Shown here: positions 28,898 through 39,281 of the stretch, in pieces
How the letters are laid out: each line of letters opens with the position of its first letter
Numbering within the stretch: position 1 is the first letter of the stretch
Source of the DNA: Bacteroidota bacterium
GTDB taxonomy: Bacteria > Bacteroidota > Bacteroidia > NS11-12g > UBA9320
Direction: 5' to 3'
Length of the DNA: 64,000 nucleotides
Assembly (NCBI GenBank): GCA_947468275.1
Contig: CANIKO010000002.1
Coordinates: 105,363 to 169,362, forward strand
The notes under the pieces: generated by a model
Databases searched by the model: none
Seen by the model: only the letters and a program-made list of their open reading frames with translations
What the model was told of the DNA's origin: nothing
Made by a program: the position numbers and the translations under genes

Positions 28898-30292
28898 TTA
28901 CCCCAACTTCTTTGATTTTCCGCTCAATCCGGCTTGTTTATCTTTGCGTCTGAAAGTAAAATTAATTCCGGTTCTGAAATCTACAGTATTAGCATTTTTA
29001 TATTTAATCATTCCTAATACATTATCGGCTACCAGATAATATTGAAACGGGCCTCCATTTAAAGTAAGCCCTACTCCCCCATTTACAAACGATTTGTTAA
29101 TCATTGAATAACTTACCGATATTCCTAAAACTTTGGTTAATTTTCCATTATAAGACAGTGTGATAGCTGGGTTTAGCTTCTTTTGAAAATAATTTCCATA
29201 AAACAATACCCCAAAATTATGGCGTTTAGTTATCCAAAAATTACCTCCAAGATAAATTGAGGTTGGCAAGGTGGTGCGGTAACTATTGTGAGTACTTTTT
29301 AATTTTAACTTACTAGTTAATGTATCAACTATAGCTTTAAAAGAAGAATCAGTATTTGGGTTATCATTAAATAAATCTTGCATTTTTAAGCCATAAAATT
29401 CAGCCTTTCTACTAGGATTTTCTGTTTCATAATTCTGAACATTATCCTTCCAGTCAATATATCCTAAATCAACGATACTTGCCGAAAGCACTATTTTAGG
29501 AATTAATTGATAAGTGGCCCCAAAACTCATAGCCATTCCTCTATTTTTATTCTTCAAAACATTAAAATCAATATTTCCGCCAGGTTTAAAACCCGTATTT
29601 AAGGTATCTAAAATACTAGATGTATTTACTTTTATGTTTGACTGCACCGTATAATGAAAATCATCAGGATGTGTATTAAAGATAAGATCGCTCTTTTCAG
29701 TATTTACATTTAAAATTCCATTTAGGTAGGAACCCTTCACTCCTAATCTTAGTTTGTCTTTTAAAAATGATCTTGAATAGGTGGCACTCAAATCATTGTA
29801 GGCCATCATATCAAAACCAAAATTAAAATTCATATCCTTTCCTAAATTTTGACCACCATTGCCTATAATAAACAAACCCATAAAATCTTTTGGAAAACTG
29901 AACTGACTTTTAATTTTTTCGCCAAGACACACAGTAAAATAACTTTTACGCATTTTGAATCCAAAATTCAGGATATCATAACTCACATCCATACCAAGTC
30001 TGTTATCTTTTTTCAAAGCATTATAAAAGGATAGCGGATGAACTACCAATCGGTTTGAATCATCAACAGATACCAAATTCTTGAGTTTAAATCCATCATT
30101 GTTATAAAGCATGTGTATTGAAGCAAACCCTGGCATGCTTATAAAAAACCGGGAATCGGGCACGGATGCTGGATTCACCTGTATACGTTGAGGTAAAGTA
30201 TGCATATTATACATAGTAAGATTATGTTGCGCATTTACGGATAACACAAAACCCAATGCTATTATCTGAAGTGTAAATATTCTTTTTAGCAT
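28898..30292 (-). CDS. Putative outer-membrane beta-barrel protein (PorP/SprF-like N-terminal motif)
   Basis: Signal peptide ...SVNAQ; MYNMHTLPQRIQVNPASV resembles the PorP/SprF N-terminal motif; alternating amphipathic strands. It is longer than typical PorP. Confidence 0.3.
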   Translation of the reverse strand: MLKRIFTLQIIALGFVLSVNAQHNLTMYNMHTLPQRIQVNPASVPDSRFFISMPGFASIHMLYNNDGFKLKNLVSVDDSNRLVVHPLSFYNALKKDNRLGMDVSYDILNFGFKMRKSYFTVCLGEKIKSQFSFPKDFMGLFIIGNGGQNLGKDMNFNFGFDMMAYNDLSATYSRSFLKDKLRLGVKGSYLNGILNVNTEKSDLIFNTHPDDFHYTVQSNIKVNTSSILDTLNTGFKPGGNIDFNVLKNKNRGMAMSFGATYQLIPKIVLSASIVDLGYIDWKDNVQNYETENPSRKAEFYGLKMQDLFNDNPNTDSSFKAIVDTLTSKLKLKSTHNSYRTTLPTSIYLGGNFWITKRHNFGVLFYGNYFQKKLNPAITLSYNGKLTKVLGISVSYSMINKSFVNGGVGLTLNGGPFQYYLVADNVLGMIKYKNANTVDFRTGINFTFRRKDKQAGLSGKSKKLG

Positions 30293-30296
30293 GATG

Positions 30297-31940
30297 TTAT
30301 TTTTTACCTAAACTATCCAATAATTCATTATTCACCTTAAACTTGGCCTTGATACCAATATTAATACCTAACTTATAATTGCTGTAGAGTTTTACACTCG
30401 GGTAGGTGCCTCCTCCGGCAGTGGTCGCTAACTCTGCTCTCAATTTCACTTTCTTAAGATGGTTGAGGCGCTTGGCTCTTTGACTATCAAAAACTATATC
30501 TGTCGTTTTTTTAGTGGCCGATACCACCTTACCATCAGTACCAATGGCCGCAGCCTCCAGAAACTTATAGGATTTATCAGCAAAAATCGAATCAAAGGCA
30601 ACACCGGCCTCATCCAATAAATATACTTGAGTACTCAAATCAATTGGATACCCATTTTCGCCTGTGAAGCGCAAAAGCACATTGTCTATAAAATCCACAT
30701 TGGGTAACGCCACACCTGCAGATTGCTCTCTTTCCAAAACAAAATTTTTGGCACTACCATATAAAGGAAATTCCACATCTACCACAAAATTAATTTGACT
30801 GTTATCGGTTATAAAATTTCGCTGTAGCTTTCCATTAGGGTTCAGGTCCACATAAGTTTGAAATATGACTTGCTTAGGCTTTTGGTTGATTACCGTTTTT
30901 ATATTACTCACCGATTTATCAATCATTACCGAATCATAAAGTATTTGGCCGATTTGAGCTATTGTGGGCAAATTCACAGGCAATGGATTAGGTAATCCTG
31001 TAATATTAGTTTGAAACCCTCCAGGGCCTGAGGTGAACCCTGCGAGCTTTGTAAAACCAGCTTTTATAGGCACACCAAACGAATTGCCGATGATAATTTT
31101 AACTTTTGGATCTTCTACAGTAAAAGTCCCCATAGAAGAATTATCAAAAATTGAAAGGTCAATGGTATCGCCGCCGTTCATCAAATTAACCTGACCTACA
31201 TAGCCATAAAATCTACTAAATTTCATTTCTTTAAAACCGAAATTAATATTCATTTGATTGCCAGCAGATACAGGCTCGACAGTAGCATTAAGGCTTAAAT
31301 CAAATTTAATATTTACCATATTAAATCCAGCCCCGCCTTTGCTCATATTCCATTTATATCCAGCTAGCGTGGTATTACCATTAGCCATTACTGGAGTAGA
31401 GCCTCCATAGCCAAATGGTATATTTACGCTTAAAACAGTTCCCAAATTTTTAGCATCTTCAAATGAAATTTTCAAACTTCCTCCCGTTCGTATTTCACTG
31501 CTAATAGAAGCCACCAATGCACCTGCTTTAAGCCACAGAGAATCAATTTCTTTACTACCCAGTGAAAAGCTTTTATTGGTTTGTAAACTTACAACTATCG
31601 ATTGTCCGTTACTCAAGGCAATGGCTTGAGTTGAATTTAACACGATGGTTTGGTTAAAATCCTGATCGGGAATTGGTATTACCTCACCAGCGGTGGATGA
31701 ATATATTTGCCCTCGATACACTAATGAGATAAAACCATCGTCATATTTTTTAACAAATGAACCTCCTTTTTTCACCAAATCGTCCAAAGTGAGGTCTGAA
31801 CTTATTAAGGGAATAGCATATTCAGGATTTATTTCATCTATCCTCACTTTTCCGTTTGTATTAAATTCTTCGGGCATGCAGCTATGCAAGGCCAAAACAC
31901 TGGCAGTGCCGTATAGCAAAGTTTTAATTTTCTTTAACAT
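30297..31940 (-). CDS. Hypothetical lipoprotein
   Basis: Likely start MLKKIKTLLYGTASVLALHSC (lipobox LHSC); ~547 aa, no recognisable domain. Confidence 0.35.
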   Translation of the reverse strand: MLKKIKTLLYGTASVLALHSCMPEEFNTNGKVRIDEINPEYAIPLISSDLTLDDLVKKGGSFVKKYDDGFISLVYRGQIYSSTAGEVIPIPDQDFNQTIVLNSTQAIALSNGQSIVVSLQTNKSFSLGSKEIDSLWLKAGALVASISSEIRTGGSLKISFEDAKNLGTVLSVNIPFGYGGSTPVMANGNTTLAGYKWNMSKGGAGFNMVNIKFDLSLNATVEPVSAGNQMNINFGFKEMKFSRFYGYVGQVNLMNGGDTIDLSIFDNSSMGTFTVEDPKVKIIIGNSFGVPIKAGFTKLAGFTSGPGGFQTNITGLPNPLPVNLPTIAQIGQILYDSVMIDKSVSNIKTVINQKPKQVIFQTYVDLNPNGKLQRNFITDNSQINFVVDVEFPLYGSAKNFVLEREQSAGVALPNVDFIDNVLLRFTGENGYPIDLSTQVYLLDEAGVAFDSIFADKSYKFLEAAAIGTDGKVVSATKKTTDIVFDSQRAKRLNHLKKVKLRAELATTAGGGTYPSVKLYSNYKLGINIGIKAKFKVNNELLDSLGKK

Positions 31941-31999
31941 AATCGTTTTAAAAAATACCTTTGCAATTTCGTAAATCATTCGCAAAATATCATAACAAA

Positions 32000-32401
32000 A
32001 TGAATAAAATTTCTTCACAAACCATTTACCGCGGAGCCTTTGGGTTAGCGGTAGCCATTATGTTAGGCGCATTTGGTGCTCATTATCTTAAAGAAAAATT
32101 ACCGATTGAAAACCTTCAAATTTTTGAAACTGCCGTTAAGTACCAGTTTTACGGCTGTTTGGGATTATTGGCACTCGGACTTATAAGCCATACCACGGAG
32201 GTAAAACTAAATACTCCAATTTTGCTGATTCGTTTGGGTATTCTTATTTTTTGCGGCACTGTTTATTTTTTAGCCTTGCGGCCGGTATTTGGTATTGATG
32301 GATTTAAATGGGTTGGTGCAATTACCCCTATTGGCGGCTTGTGTATGATGGCTTGCTGGATTTGGGTTGGGGTTTTATTTTTAAAAGCTTCAAAAAAATA
32401 A
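32000..32401 (+). CDS. DUF423 family small membrane protein
   Basis: MNKISSQTIYRGAFGLAVAIMLGAFGAH...; four TM helices. Confidence 0.55.
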   Translation: MNKISSQTIYRGAFGLAVAIMLGAFGAHYLKEKLPIENLQIFETAVKYQFYGCLGLLALGLISHTTEVKLNTPILLIRLGILIFCGTVYFLALRPVFGIDGFKWVGAITPIGGLCMMACWIWVGVLFLKASKK

Positions 32402-32410
32402 AAGCAACAA

Positions 32411-32446
32411 AAAAGCCCAAACCTTTGAATGGATGGGCTTTTTTAG
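32411..32446. terminator. Bidirectional rho-independent terminator between convergent genes
   Basis: agccca...tgggct stem with TTTTTT 3' on the plus strand and a T-run on the minus strand. Confidence 0.5.
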
Positions 32447-32466
32447 AAAGGCTAATATTTTTTTGG

Positions 32467-32817
32467 TTATTTTTTAGTGAAAATTAAATAGGAACCTTGC
32501 TTTCCAGGTTTTGCACTCATTTCATTATCGGTACAGTATTTCACATACCAAATATCTGTCCCTGTACCGTCAACAATTTCCAAGCTATCTGAATTATTTA
32601 ACCATTTCCATGTGCCGAATTCCATTATACCATCAGGCGCACAATATTTACCATCCGAACGGAAATAATGGTCAGTTAAACTGCTTACCCAATATTTATT
32701 GACCATCAAACTTTTATTTAAAGTTTTGGCAGGTTCAGGGTCAGCGGTGCTGTTGTCTTTACAGTTTACTAATGCTAAGGTTAAAGCCAGTAAGGCGATT
32801 GCTAATACTTTTTTCAT
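32467..32817 (-). CDS. Small hypothetical lipoprotein
   Basis: Lipobox LALVNC; 116 aa. Confidence 0.4.
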   Translation of the reverse strand: MKKVLAIALLALTLALVNCKDNSTADPEPAKTLNKSLMVNKYWVSSLTDHYFRSDGKYCAPDGIMEFGTWKWLNNSDSLEIVDGTGTDIWYVKYCTDNEMSAKPGKQGSYLIFTKK

Positions 32818-32965
32818 GATTTATATATTTGTTGGCGAATCACGTTTAAAAAAAGAGTCCATTTTACCCCCCCATTTCGTGACTTAAATATGACATAACA
32901 AAAAATTGAATTATTAAAGAAATTTTAAAGTCACTTTCTGTCAAAGCCTTTAATTTTGCGGTATT

Positions 32966-33454
32966 ATGAAATACCTTCTCCTCATTCGCCATGCCAAAAC
33001 CGAGCAACACGGATTTGACAATGATTTTGAACGAAAACTAACCAACCGGGGCGAAGAGGATTGTGAACTAATGAGCAACCAATTAAAAAAATTAAAGTTT
33101 AAACCTGAACTTATAAAAATTAGCGCAGCCAAGCGAACTCGTCAAACTGCCAAGCAATTAGGCAAACATTTGGATTGGAAAAAAGACTCCATCGTAAAAA
33201 TTGAAAAACTCTATTTGGCTTCGCACAAAGTTATTCTTTATGAAATAGCCAACACCGATTCTAATATTGATTCATTAGTAATTATTGGTCACAACCCGGG
33301 AATGACCGAACTTTTTAATCATATAGGAAACGCTACCATCGATAATTTACCAACTTGCGGCATGGGCCTTTTTAAATTAGATATTAAAAATTGGAATGAA
33401 ATTGCAGCCCATCAAGGTAAATTGGAATGGTATAGTTGGCCTAAGAAAGTTTAA
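32966..33454 (+). CDS. sixA: SixA-type phosphohistidine phosphatase (histidine phosphatase superfamily)
   Basis: LLLIRHAKTE (RH[AG] catalytic motif) and VIIGHNPGM (SixA GHNP motif); 162 aa. Confidence 0.7.
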   Translation: MKYLLLIRHAKTEQHGFDNDFERKLTNRGEEDCELMSNQLKKLKFKPELIKISAAKRTRQTAKQLGKHLDWKKDSIVKIEKLYLASHKVILYEIANTDSNIDSLVIIGHNPGMTELFNHIGNATIDNLPTCGMGLFKLDIKNWNEIAAHQGKLEWYSWPKKV

Positions 33455-33542
33455 TTAATTGTTCGTGGTTAATTGTTAATGATAAACTTTTAAGTAGTTA
33501 TTGAAAATCAATAATTAACCATTTATCATTAACCATTATTTT

Positions 33543-33929
33543 TCATCTGTCTTCATCATTCATCAACTCTTCTTTTTTGTTTTCAAATTCTTCTTTGGTT
33601 AAAAGTCCTTTTTTATACAATTCGCCTAGGCGTTCCAAATCTTTTAGCTCTTCGTGATTTTCTTTATTGATTCGTCCTTTGCCTAATATTACCAAGGCTA
33701 TTAATACTACAAAAACATAGGCAATTGCCAATAAAAAAAGGTTAAAAATATCGCTGCGATAGTTCCAAATATTTTGATACACAGCATTGTTACTAGCTCC
33801 AGTTTCAATTATGGCACCTTTAGACGTTATTAAACCTAAATAAAATCCAGTAGCTAAACTTACCAATATAAAAAAAGTAACTACTGCAAAATTGAGGTTG
33901 CCTCTGTATTTTTCTTTTGGCGTTAACAT
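33543..33929 (-). CDS. Membrane protein with C-terminal SHOCT domain
   Basis: Two TM helices; LGELYKKGLLTKEEFENKKEEL is a SHOCT-like motif. Confidence 0.5.
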   Translation of the reverse strand: MLTPKEKYRGNLNFAVVTFFILVSLATGFYLGLITSKGAIIETGASNNAVYQNIWNYRSDIFNLFLLAIAYVFVVLIALVILGKGRINKENHEELKDLERLGELYKKGLLTKEEFENKKEELMNDEDR

Positions 33930-33984
33930 TGGATAATGGTTATTGGGTTAATGATTTAATTGTTATTCCAGATTCCTAATTGCT

Positions 33985-34731
33985 TTAAATTTCTTCGCAA
34001 TAATTTTGCAATACATAAAACCGCTGTCCGTAGCTGTACTTAAAATAATCACCTCCAGGATAACCAGCAAACCAATCCATATTAAGCCACCAGTTTCCAG
34101 ACTTATCGCGTTTACCGTTCACGGTTTTTAATTTATAGCGTTTTACTAAATAATCAGTAACTATTTCCTGTGGTGTATTTCCTAAATTTATCTCGGTAAA
34201 GGCATGCCCTTTTTTCCCTTTATAGGCATAGCTAATGCGGGCCTCCCCTCCTATTGACATTACCGATGAGCAAACAATAACCGCAAAATCATCACAATCT
34301 CCTGAAAAATTATTTGCTATTGTTTCACTTGCTTTTGCCACATAGTTTTCGCCTTTGGGATCGTTCACATATTTCCAATTCGTAAAACAATTATCAAACA
34401 TATCGCATACCTGTCCCAAATTAAAAGTTCCAGGCGAATTGCCTGCCATGCGTATAGCAAAATCTCTTACTTCAGGACTACTAAAATTACAAGCTTCTAC
34501 CAATTTTTTTTTGTCTCCACTCAGATTACAGTCTTTAAAAAGATCTTTTATAAATGTTTGGCGCTGCCGAGAAACATTATAACTAATTCGTGGCGGAACT
34601 GGCAAATCACTATCCTTTATTAAAATGCTTGTGGAGGGCAGATAATTGCTTTGATTATTATTTATATAAAAACTTCCACCCAATAATATCAATACAAGAA
34701 TCGATGTAAATACAATTTTGAAGCGGTTCAT
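33985..34731 (-). CDS. Secreted transglutaminase-like cysteine-peptidase-fold protein
   Basis: GDCDDFAVIVCS (G.C..FA catalytic Cys motif), GHAFTEI (His), later Asp. Confidence 0.5.
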   Translation of the reverse strand: MNRFKIVFTSILVLILLGGSFYINNNQSNYLPSTSILIKDSDLPVPPRISYNVSRQRQTFIKDLFKDCNLSGDKKKLVEACNFSSPEVRDFAIRMAGNSPGTFNLGQVCDMFDNCFTNWKYVNDPKGENYVAKASETIANNFSGDCDDFAVIVCSSVMSIGGEARISYAYKGKKGHAFTEINLGNTPQEIVTDYLVKRYKLKTVNGKRDKSGNWWLNMDWFAGYPGGDYFKYSYGQRFYVLQNYCEEI

Positions 34732-34822
34732 TTATGCAAAGGTAATCTAATGTTAGAAAATTATTTTTTTGATATTTGTAACGTATTTTTTTAATCTTTG
34801 TCAAATATTTAAATAAAAAATA

Positions 34823-35740
34823 ATGTATACGAAGCAACTCAATAAAATATTTTTAATACTCCTACTAACTTCTACTGCGGGATTATTAAACAGTTGTAAA
34901 AAAAAGGATGACTCAGTTAGCCTAACCGATAGGGAAACTGCAATTGCCGATTATAAAAATAATTACTTAGGATCAGCGGTTTTAAATGTTGGATGGACTG
35001 GCAATACAACTGGTTGCAATGCGGGTATTGCTCCCCAAGCCACCAATGACATGGTAATAAAAAGGATTAATTATTTCCGAAAACTGGTTGGATTAAATGA
35101 TAACATCACTTTGGATGCTTCCAAATTTCCAATGTATCAGGAAGCTGCATTAATGATGAAAGCCAATAATCAGTTAAGTCATACTCCTCCTAATACTTGG
35201 ACCTGTTGGACTCAGAGTGGTTCAGATGGTGCAAAAACCAGCAATCTTAGTTTAGGTAGTCACTCGGTTAACGCGATAACGACATTTATGATGGATTTTG
35301 GCACTGGAAATAACGCATGCGGTCACCGGCGCTGGATTTTACATTCAGCCAAAACCCAATTTAGTTACGGCACAACAGATGTTAGCATGTCGCTAGGTTG
35401 TATTGGTACAGCGGGAGGAAACATCAAAATCCCTCCATTCATTGCCTATCCTCCAAGTGGATATATTCCATCTGCTCTCACTTTTGCCCGATGGACATTT
35501 GGTATTCCCGGAGCGGACTTTTCAAATGCTACAGTAATTATGACAGGACCTTTAGGGGCCATAACATTAGCTGTAATTTCAAAAACAGATAATGGTTATG
35601 GAGACAATACAATAGTTTGGGAACCGACAGGAATTGTAACCAATAGCTCCGCCGATATGGTGTATACAGTTACAGTTAGCGGAATTGTAAATGCTCCAAA
35701 AACTACTTATACATACACAACTACACTCATTAAAGCCTAA
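34823..35740 (+). CDS. Lipoprotein with probable CAP/SCP/PR-1-like domain
   Basis: Lipobox LLNSC; CGHRRWILH resembles the CAP GHYTQ.VW motif; NYFRKLVGL start. Confidence 0.4.
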   Translation: MYTKQLNKIFLILLLTSTAGLLNSCKKKDDSVSLTDRETAIADYKNNYLGSAVLNVGWTGNTTGCNAGIAPQATNDMVIKRINYFRKLVGLNDNITLDASKFPMYQEAALMMKANNQLSHTPPNTWTCWTQSGSDGAKTSNLSLGSHSVNAITTFMMDFGTGNNACGHRRWILHSAKTQFSYGTTDVSMSLGCIGTAGGNIKIPPFIAYPPSGYIPSALTFARWTFGIPGADFSNATVIMTGPLGAITLAVISKTDNGYGDNTIVWEPTGIVTNSSADMVYTVTVSGIVNAPKTTYTYTTTLIKA

Positions 35741-35745
35741 ATAAG

Positions 35746-36240
35746 ATGAACGCCAAGAATCTCATTAAAGACCTATCCGCCTATAATTCATGGGCTAATT
35801 TGCAGGTAATTATTTGGCTACAAAATTCAACTCCAGAAATTTTAACACAAAAAATCCCTTCAAGTTTTTCAACCATTAAATCCACCTTTTTGCATATTTG
35901 GAATGCTGAAAGATTTTGGCTTTCATTTTTACAAAAGAAAGATTTTGAGCCTTTCAGAAAAGATTTTGAAGAAAATTATAAATCCTTTTTTGATGGTATT
36001 CATAAGCAATCCTTCGATTTAGAAATGTTTGTAAATTCATTATCTGAAGTCGAACTAGAAGAAGAATACACCATTAATACCCCATGGCTAAAAGGAACAA
36101 AACCTTGCAATATTTTTATCCAACACGCTATTAATCATAGCACTTATCATCGGGGACAACTAATTACTCTTGGACGAATTGCAGGATTAGAAAATCCGCC
36201 TAATACTGATTTTCTAAAATTCGAAATAAAAGATTTGTAA
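35746..36240 (+). CDS. DinB/YfiT-like (DinB_2) four-helix-bundle metalloprotein
   Basis: HSTYHRGQLITL C-terminal motif; 164 aa. Confidence 0.65.
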   Translation: MNAKNLIKDLSAYNSWANLQVIIWLQNSTPEILTQKIPSSFSTIKSTFLHIWNAERFWLSFLQKKDFEPFRKDFEENYKSFFDGIHKQSFDLEMFVNSLSEVELEEEYTINTPWLKGTKPCNIFIQHAINHSTYHRGQLITLGRIAGLENPPNTDFLKFEIKDL

Positions 36241-36250
36241 TGGAAAATTT

Positions 36251-36272
36251 CTGCAAGCCTCTTGCAGTTTTT
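36251..36272 (+). terminator. Rho-independent terminator
   Basis: ctgcaag-cct-cttgcag hairpin followed by TTTTT. Confidence 0.55.
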
Positions 36273-36346
36273 AACCAATATCCTAATCAAACTAGTTTTA
36301 CATTTATTTTTTATTCAAAAAGTACTATGTTTGACCAAATTATTTT

Positions 36347-37798
36347 ATGACTAAAACTACACATTTCAAAAAAGAATTAGGATTATTTGACAGCAGTATG
36401 CTGGTGGCTGGCTCCATGATTGGGTCGGGTATTTTTATTGTTACCGCAAGTATGTCGCAACAATTGGGTTCACCTGGTTGGATATTAATTGTTTGGCTTA
36501 TAACTGGAGGATTGACTTTAATGGCAGCATTGGGTTATGGCGAATTAGCAGGTATGTTTCCAAAAGCTGGTGGTCAATATGTCTACTTATCAGAAGCCTA
36601 TGGCAAAGGCACCGGATTTGTTTTTGGATTAATTACTTTTTTTGTAGTTCAAACTGGCGTTATTGCGGCAGTTGCTATAGCTTTTGCAAAGTTTTCAGGG
36701 GTTTTATTTCCGTGGATTAGTCCAGATAATGTATTGTTAAATTTAGGCTTTATTAAAATAAACTCACAGCAGATTATTGGAGTTGCATTAATTTGGTTGC
36801 TCTCTGGCAATAATTTATTAGGGGTTAAAAATGCAAAAATTGTTCAGGGAATATTTACTGTTGCCAAAATAGGTTCATTATTATTTTTAATTATTGCAGG
36901 AATTTATGTAGGAATAAATAGCGATGCCTTTGCTCATAATTGGTCGCAATTTTGGGATGCACGCACTACAACTAATTCAGGAACAGGTATTATTAAAGAA
37001 TCATTACAAGGTGGCCAATTGGCTATAGTTTTAGGTATAGCAATGGTAGGTTCATTATTTAGCTGCGATGCTTGGAATAATATAACTTATACAGCAGGTG
37101 AAGTTAAAAATCCTCAGCGAAATATTCCTTATAGTCTGATGATAGGTACTGGAATTGTGGTGTTGCTTTATTTCATGGCTAACGTTGCCTATTTCATGTT
37201 GCTTCCAGTAGATGGCAATCCCGAAGGTGCAAATATTTTAGCTAAAGGAATTATGTGGGCCGATAATGAGCGAGTTGGAGTGGCGGCGGCTGGAGTAATT
37301 TTTGGGAGTGCAGCGGTCATAATGATGGCGGTAATGATAATGGTATCCACCTTTGGTTGCAATAATGGATTGATCATGGCGGGTGCCCGATTGTATTATG
37401 CAATGGCTAAGGATAAGCTTTTTTTCAAACAAGCAGGAAACTTAAATAAACGCAGCGTACCTGGAAATGCAATAGTTATGCAAGCGGTTTGGGCAAGTGT
37501 CCTTTGCATGAGCGGAACCTACGGCAAATTATTAGATTATACCACCTTTGCCTCTTTGCTTTTTTATGTTGTAACCATTGCAGGAATAATTGTATTAAGA
37601 CGCAAACGCCCTGATGCTGAAAGACCTTACAGAACATTATTTTACCCAATATTGCCAATATTATATATTGTGTTAGCTGGACTTATTTCCATTGACTTAT
37701 TAATTTACAAATGGGAAACTAGCCGAATTGCAATTAGCATTATTGGGATAGGAATTCTTTCCTACTTGTTTATTAATAGACGTAAAAATATAGTGTAA
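36347..37798 (+). CDS. APC-superfamily amino acid permease
   Basis: 483 aa, 12 TM; GSGIFIV and other signature amino-acid-permease segments. Confidence 0.8.
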   Translation: MTKTTHFKKELGLFDSSMLVAGSMIGSGIFIVTASMSQQLGSPGWILIVWLITGGLTLMAALGYGELAGMFPKAGGQYVYLSEAYGKGTGFVFGLITFFVVQTGVIAAVAIAFAKFSGVLFPWISPDNVLLNLGFIKINSQQIIGVALIWLLSGNNLLGVKNAKIVQGIFTVAKIGSLLFLIIAGIYVGINSDAFAHNWSQFWDARTTTNSGTGIIKESLQGGQLAIVLGIAMVGSLFSCDAWNNITYTAGEVKNPQRNIPYSLMIGTGIVVLLYFMANVAYFMLLPVDGNPEGANILAKGIMWADNERVGVAAAGVIFGSAAVIMMAVMIMVSTFGCNNGLIMAGARLYYAMAKDKLFFKQAGNLNKRSVPGNAIVMQAVWASVLCMSGTYGKLLDYTTFASLLFYVVTIAGIIVLRRKRPDAERPYRTLFYPILPILYIVLAGLISIDLLIYKWETSRIAISIIGIGILSYLFINRRKNIV

Positions 37799-37808
37799 CT
37801 CAAAATTC

Positions 37809-39281
37809 GTGTTTGCAAATCCATTTATTAAAATTAACCGTCGCAATACTTCCAGATTCTTAATTACATTACTGTTTATTTTTACTGTTTCTGAATGTTT
37901 TGCACAAACTTTGGAATGGAGTAATACTCAAAAACTAAGAGGACATTCCATTTATTCAACCATTGTTGGTGAAGATCAATCAGGAATTTATTTAATTCGT
38001 CACCGCAACAAATTTTTATCAAAATTCATCGTTCTTGAACGCTACCGACCTAATCTTGGGCTAGAAAACAGTAAAAGTTTTATGCTCAAAAATTCGAGGA
38101 TTATCTATTCAGATCTGAATGAAGAAGGTCTTTTGCTATTTAAGCAGGTTTATGACAAAAAAAACAAGACCTATAAAATAATAGCAAGTCTTTTGAATAA
38201 TAGTTTTGAAAATATCCAACCTGAAACGTTTGTAACCTGGCTTGCTCATCCCGCAAGCGGAGATGATCCTTTGGTGATTATTAAACCATCCTATAATCAT
38301 AAACATTATTTTATTCTGAATTACGGATCAACAAAAACCAAACAAAATTTCAATACATATACCATCATCGATCAAAAAATTAATAGTATAGCCTCAGGTG
38401 AATTTAGTTTAGACCAAAATCTGGTGATAGATAAACTTGAAGATGTTGTTTGGGACAAAAGCCTGGTTTTTTCGGCACTATTCAGCCTAAAAAATAGCAA
38501 GGATGGGTTAAGTTATTTAGCTATTTATGAACAAGGTATTGTTAATCAAATCGATGATTCGAACTATACTTACGAAAAACCAATACTCTTTTTTAATACA
38601 ACTACGGGTAACAAAGGAGTCACAGGATTTTATACATCCGATGTTGAAAGTGGGTATGAAGGTAATTTTTCTTTCGATTGGGGAAATTTAAAAACAGATT
38701 CCATCCGAATAAAAAAACAACCCTTTTCTAATTCTATACTTAAAGAAATATCGGGAGAAATAAAGGTTCAAAATGGATTTTTACCACGTTCATATGTGCC
38801 AATAAAATTAATTTGTCGCTCAGATGGAGGGTTTATAAAAGTTACCGAAAACACCTTTATTCAAAAAGAACAAGAAATAACAATGATAAATGGGACCACC
38901 ACATCACACGGAAAAGCTATCTATACTTTTGAAAATATTTTAATTCAAAATTTTGATAGTTCAGGAAAACTTGAATGGGAAAACTGTGTTACCAAAAATC
39001 AGAATACAGTAAACGATGGGGGAATTTTGAGTTCAGCATTGGTATCAGTTACCGAATCAGCAATAAATTTATTATATAACGACCCCATTGCATCAGGTGG
39101 TGACATTTCATTAGCAACATTTTTGCCGAATGGGCAACGAAATATTAAATTAGTTGTGAAAGGCGAAGAAATGAATGCTTTTATAATTCCAGCTGAAGGA
39201 AAGCAGATTTCGAATGACAAAATTATTGTTCCTGTTCTAAAAGACCGTAAGTTTGCCTTATTAAAAATAACCTTTAAATAA
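37809..39281 (+). CDS. Secreted hypothetical protein (GTG start)
   Basis: Signal peptide ...SECFAQ; 490 aa; no recognised domain. Confidence 0.4.
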   Translation: MFANPFIKINRRNTSRFLITLLFIFTVSECFAQTLEWSNTQKLRGHSIYSTIVGEDQSGIYLIRHRNKFLSKFIVLERYRPNLGLENSKSFMLKNSRIIYSDLNEEGLLLFKQVYDKKNKTYKIIASLLNNSFENIQPETFVTWLAHPASGDDPLVIIKPSYNHKHYFILNYGSTKTKQNFNTYTIIDQKINSIASGEFSLDQNLVIDKLEDVVWDKSLVFSALFSLKNSKDGLSYLAIYEQGIVNQIDDSNYTYEKPILFFNTTTGNKGVTGFYTSDVESGYEGNFSFDWGNLKTDSIRIKKQPFSNSILKEISGEIKVQNGFLPRSYVPIKLICRSDGGFIKVTENTFIQKEQEITMINGTTTSHGKAIYTFENILIQNFDSSGKLEWENCVTKNQNTVNDGGILSSALVSVTESAINLLYNDPIASGGDISLATFLPNGQRNIKLVVKGEEMNAFIIPAEGKQISNDKIIVPVLKDRKFALLKITFK

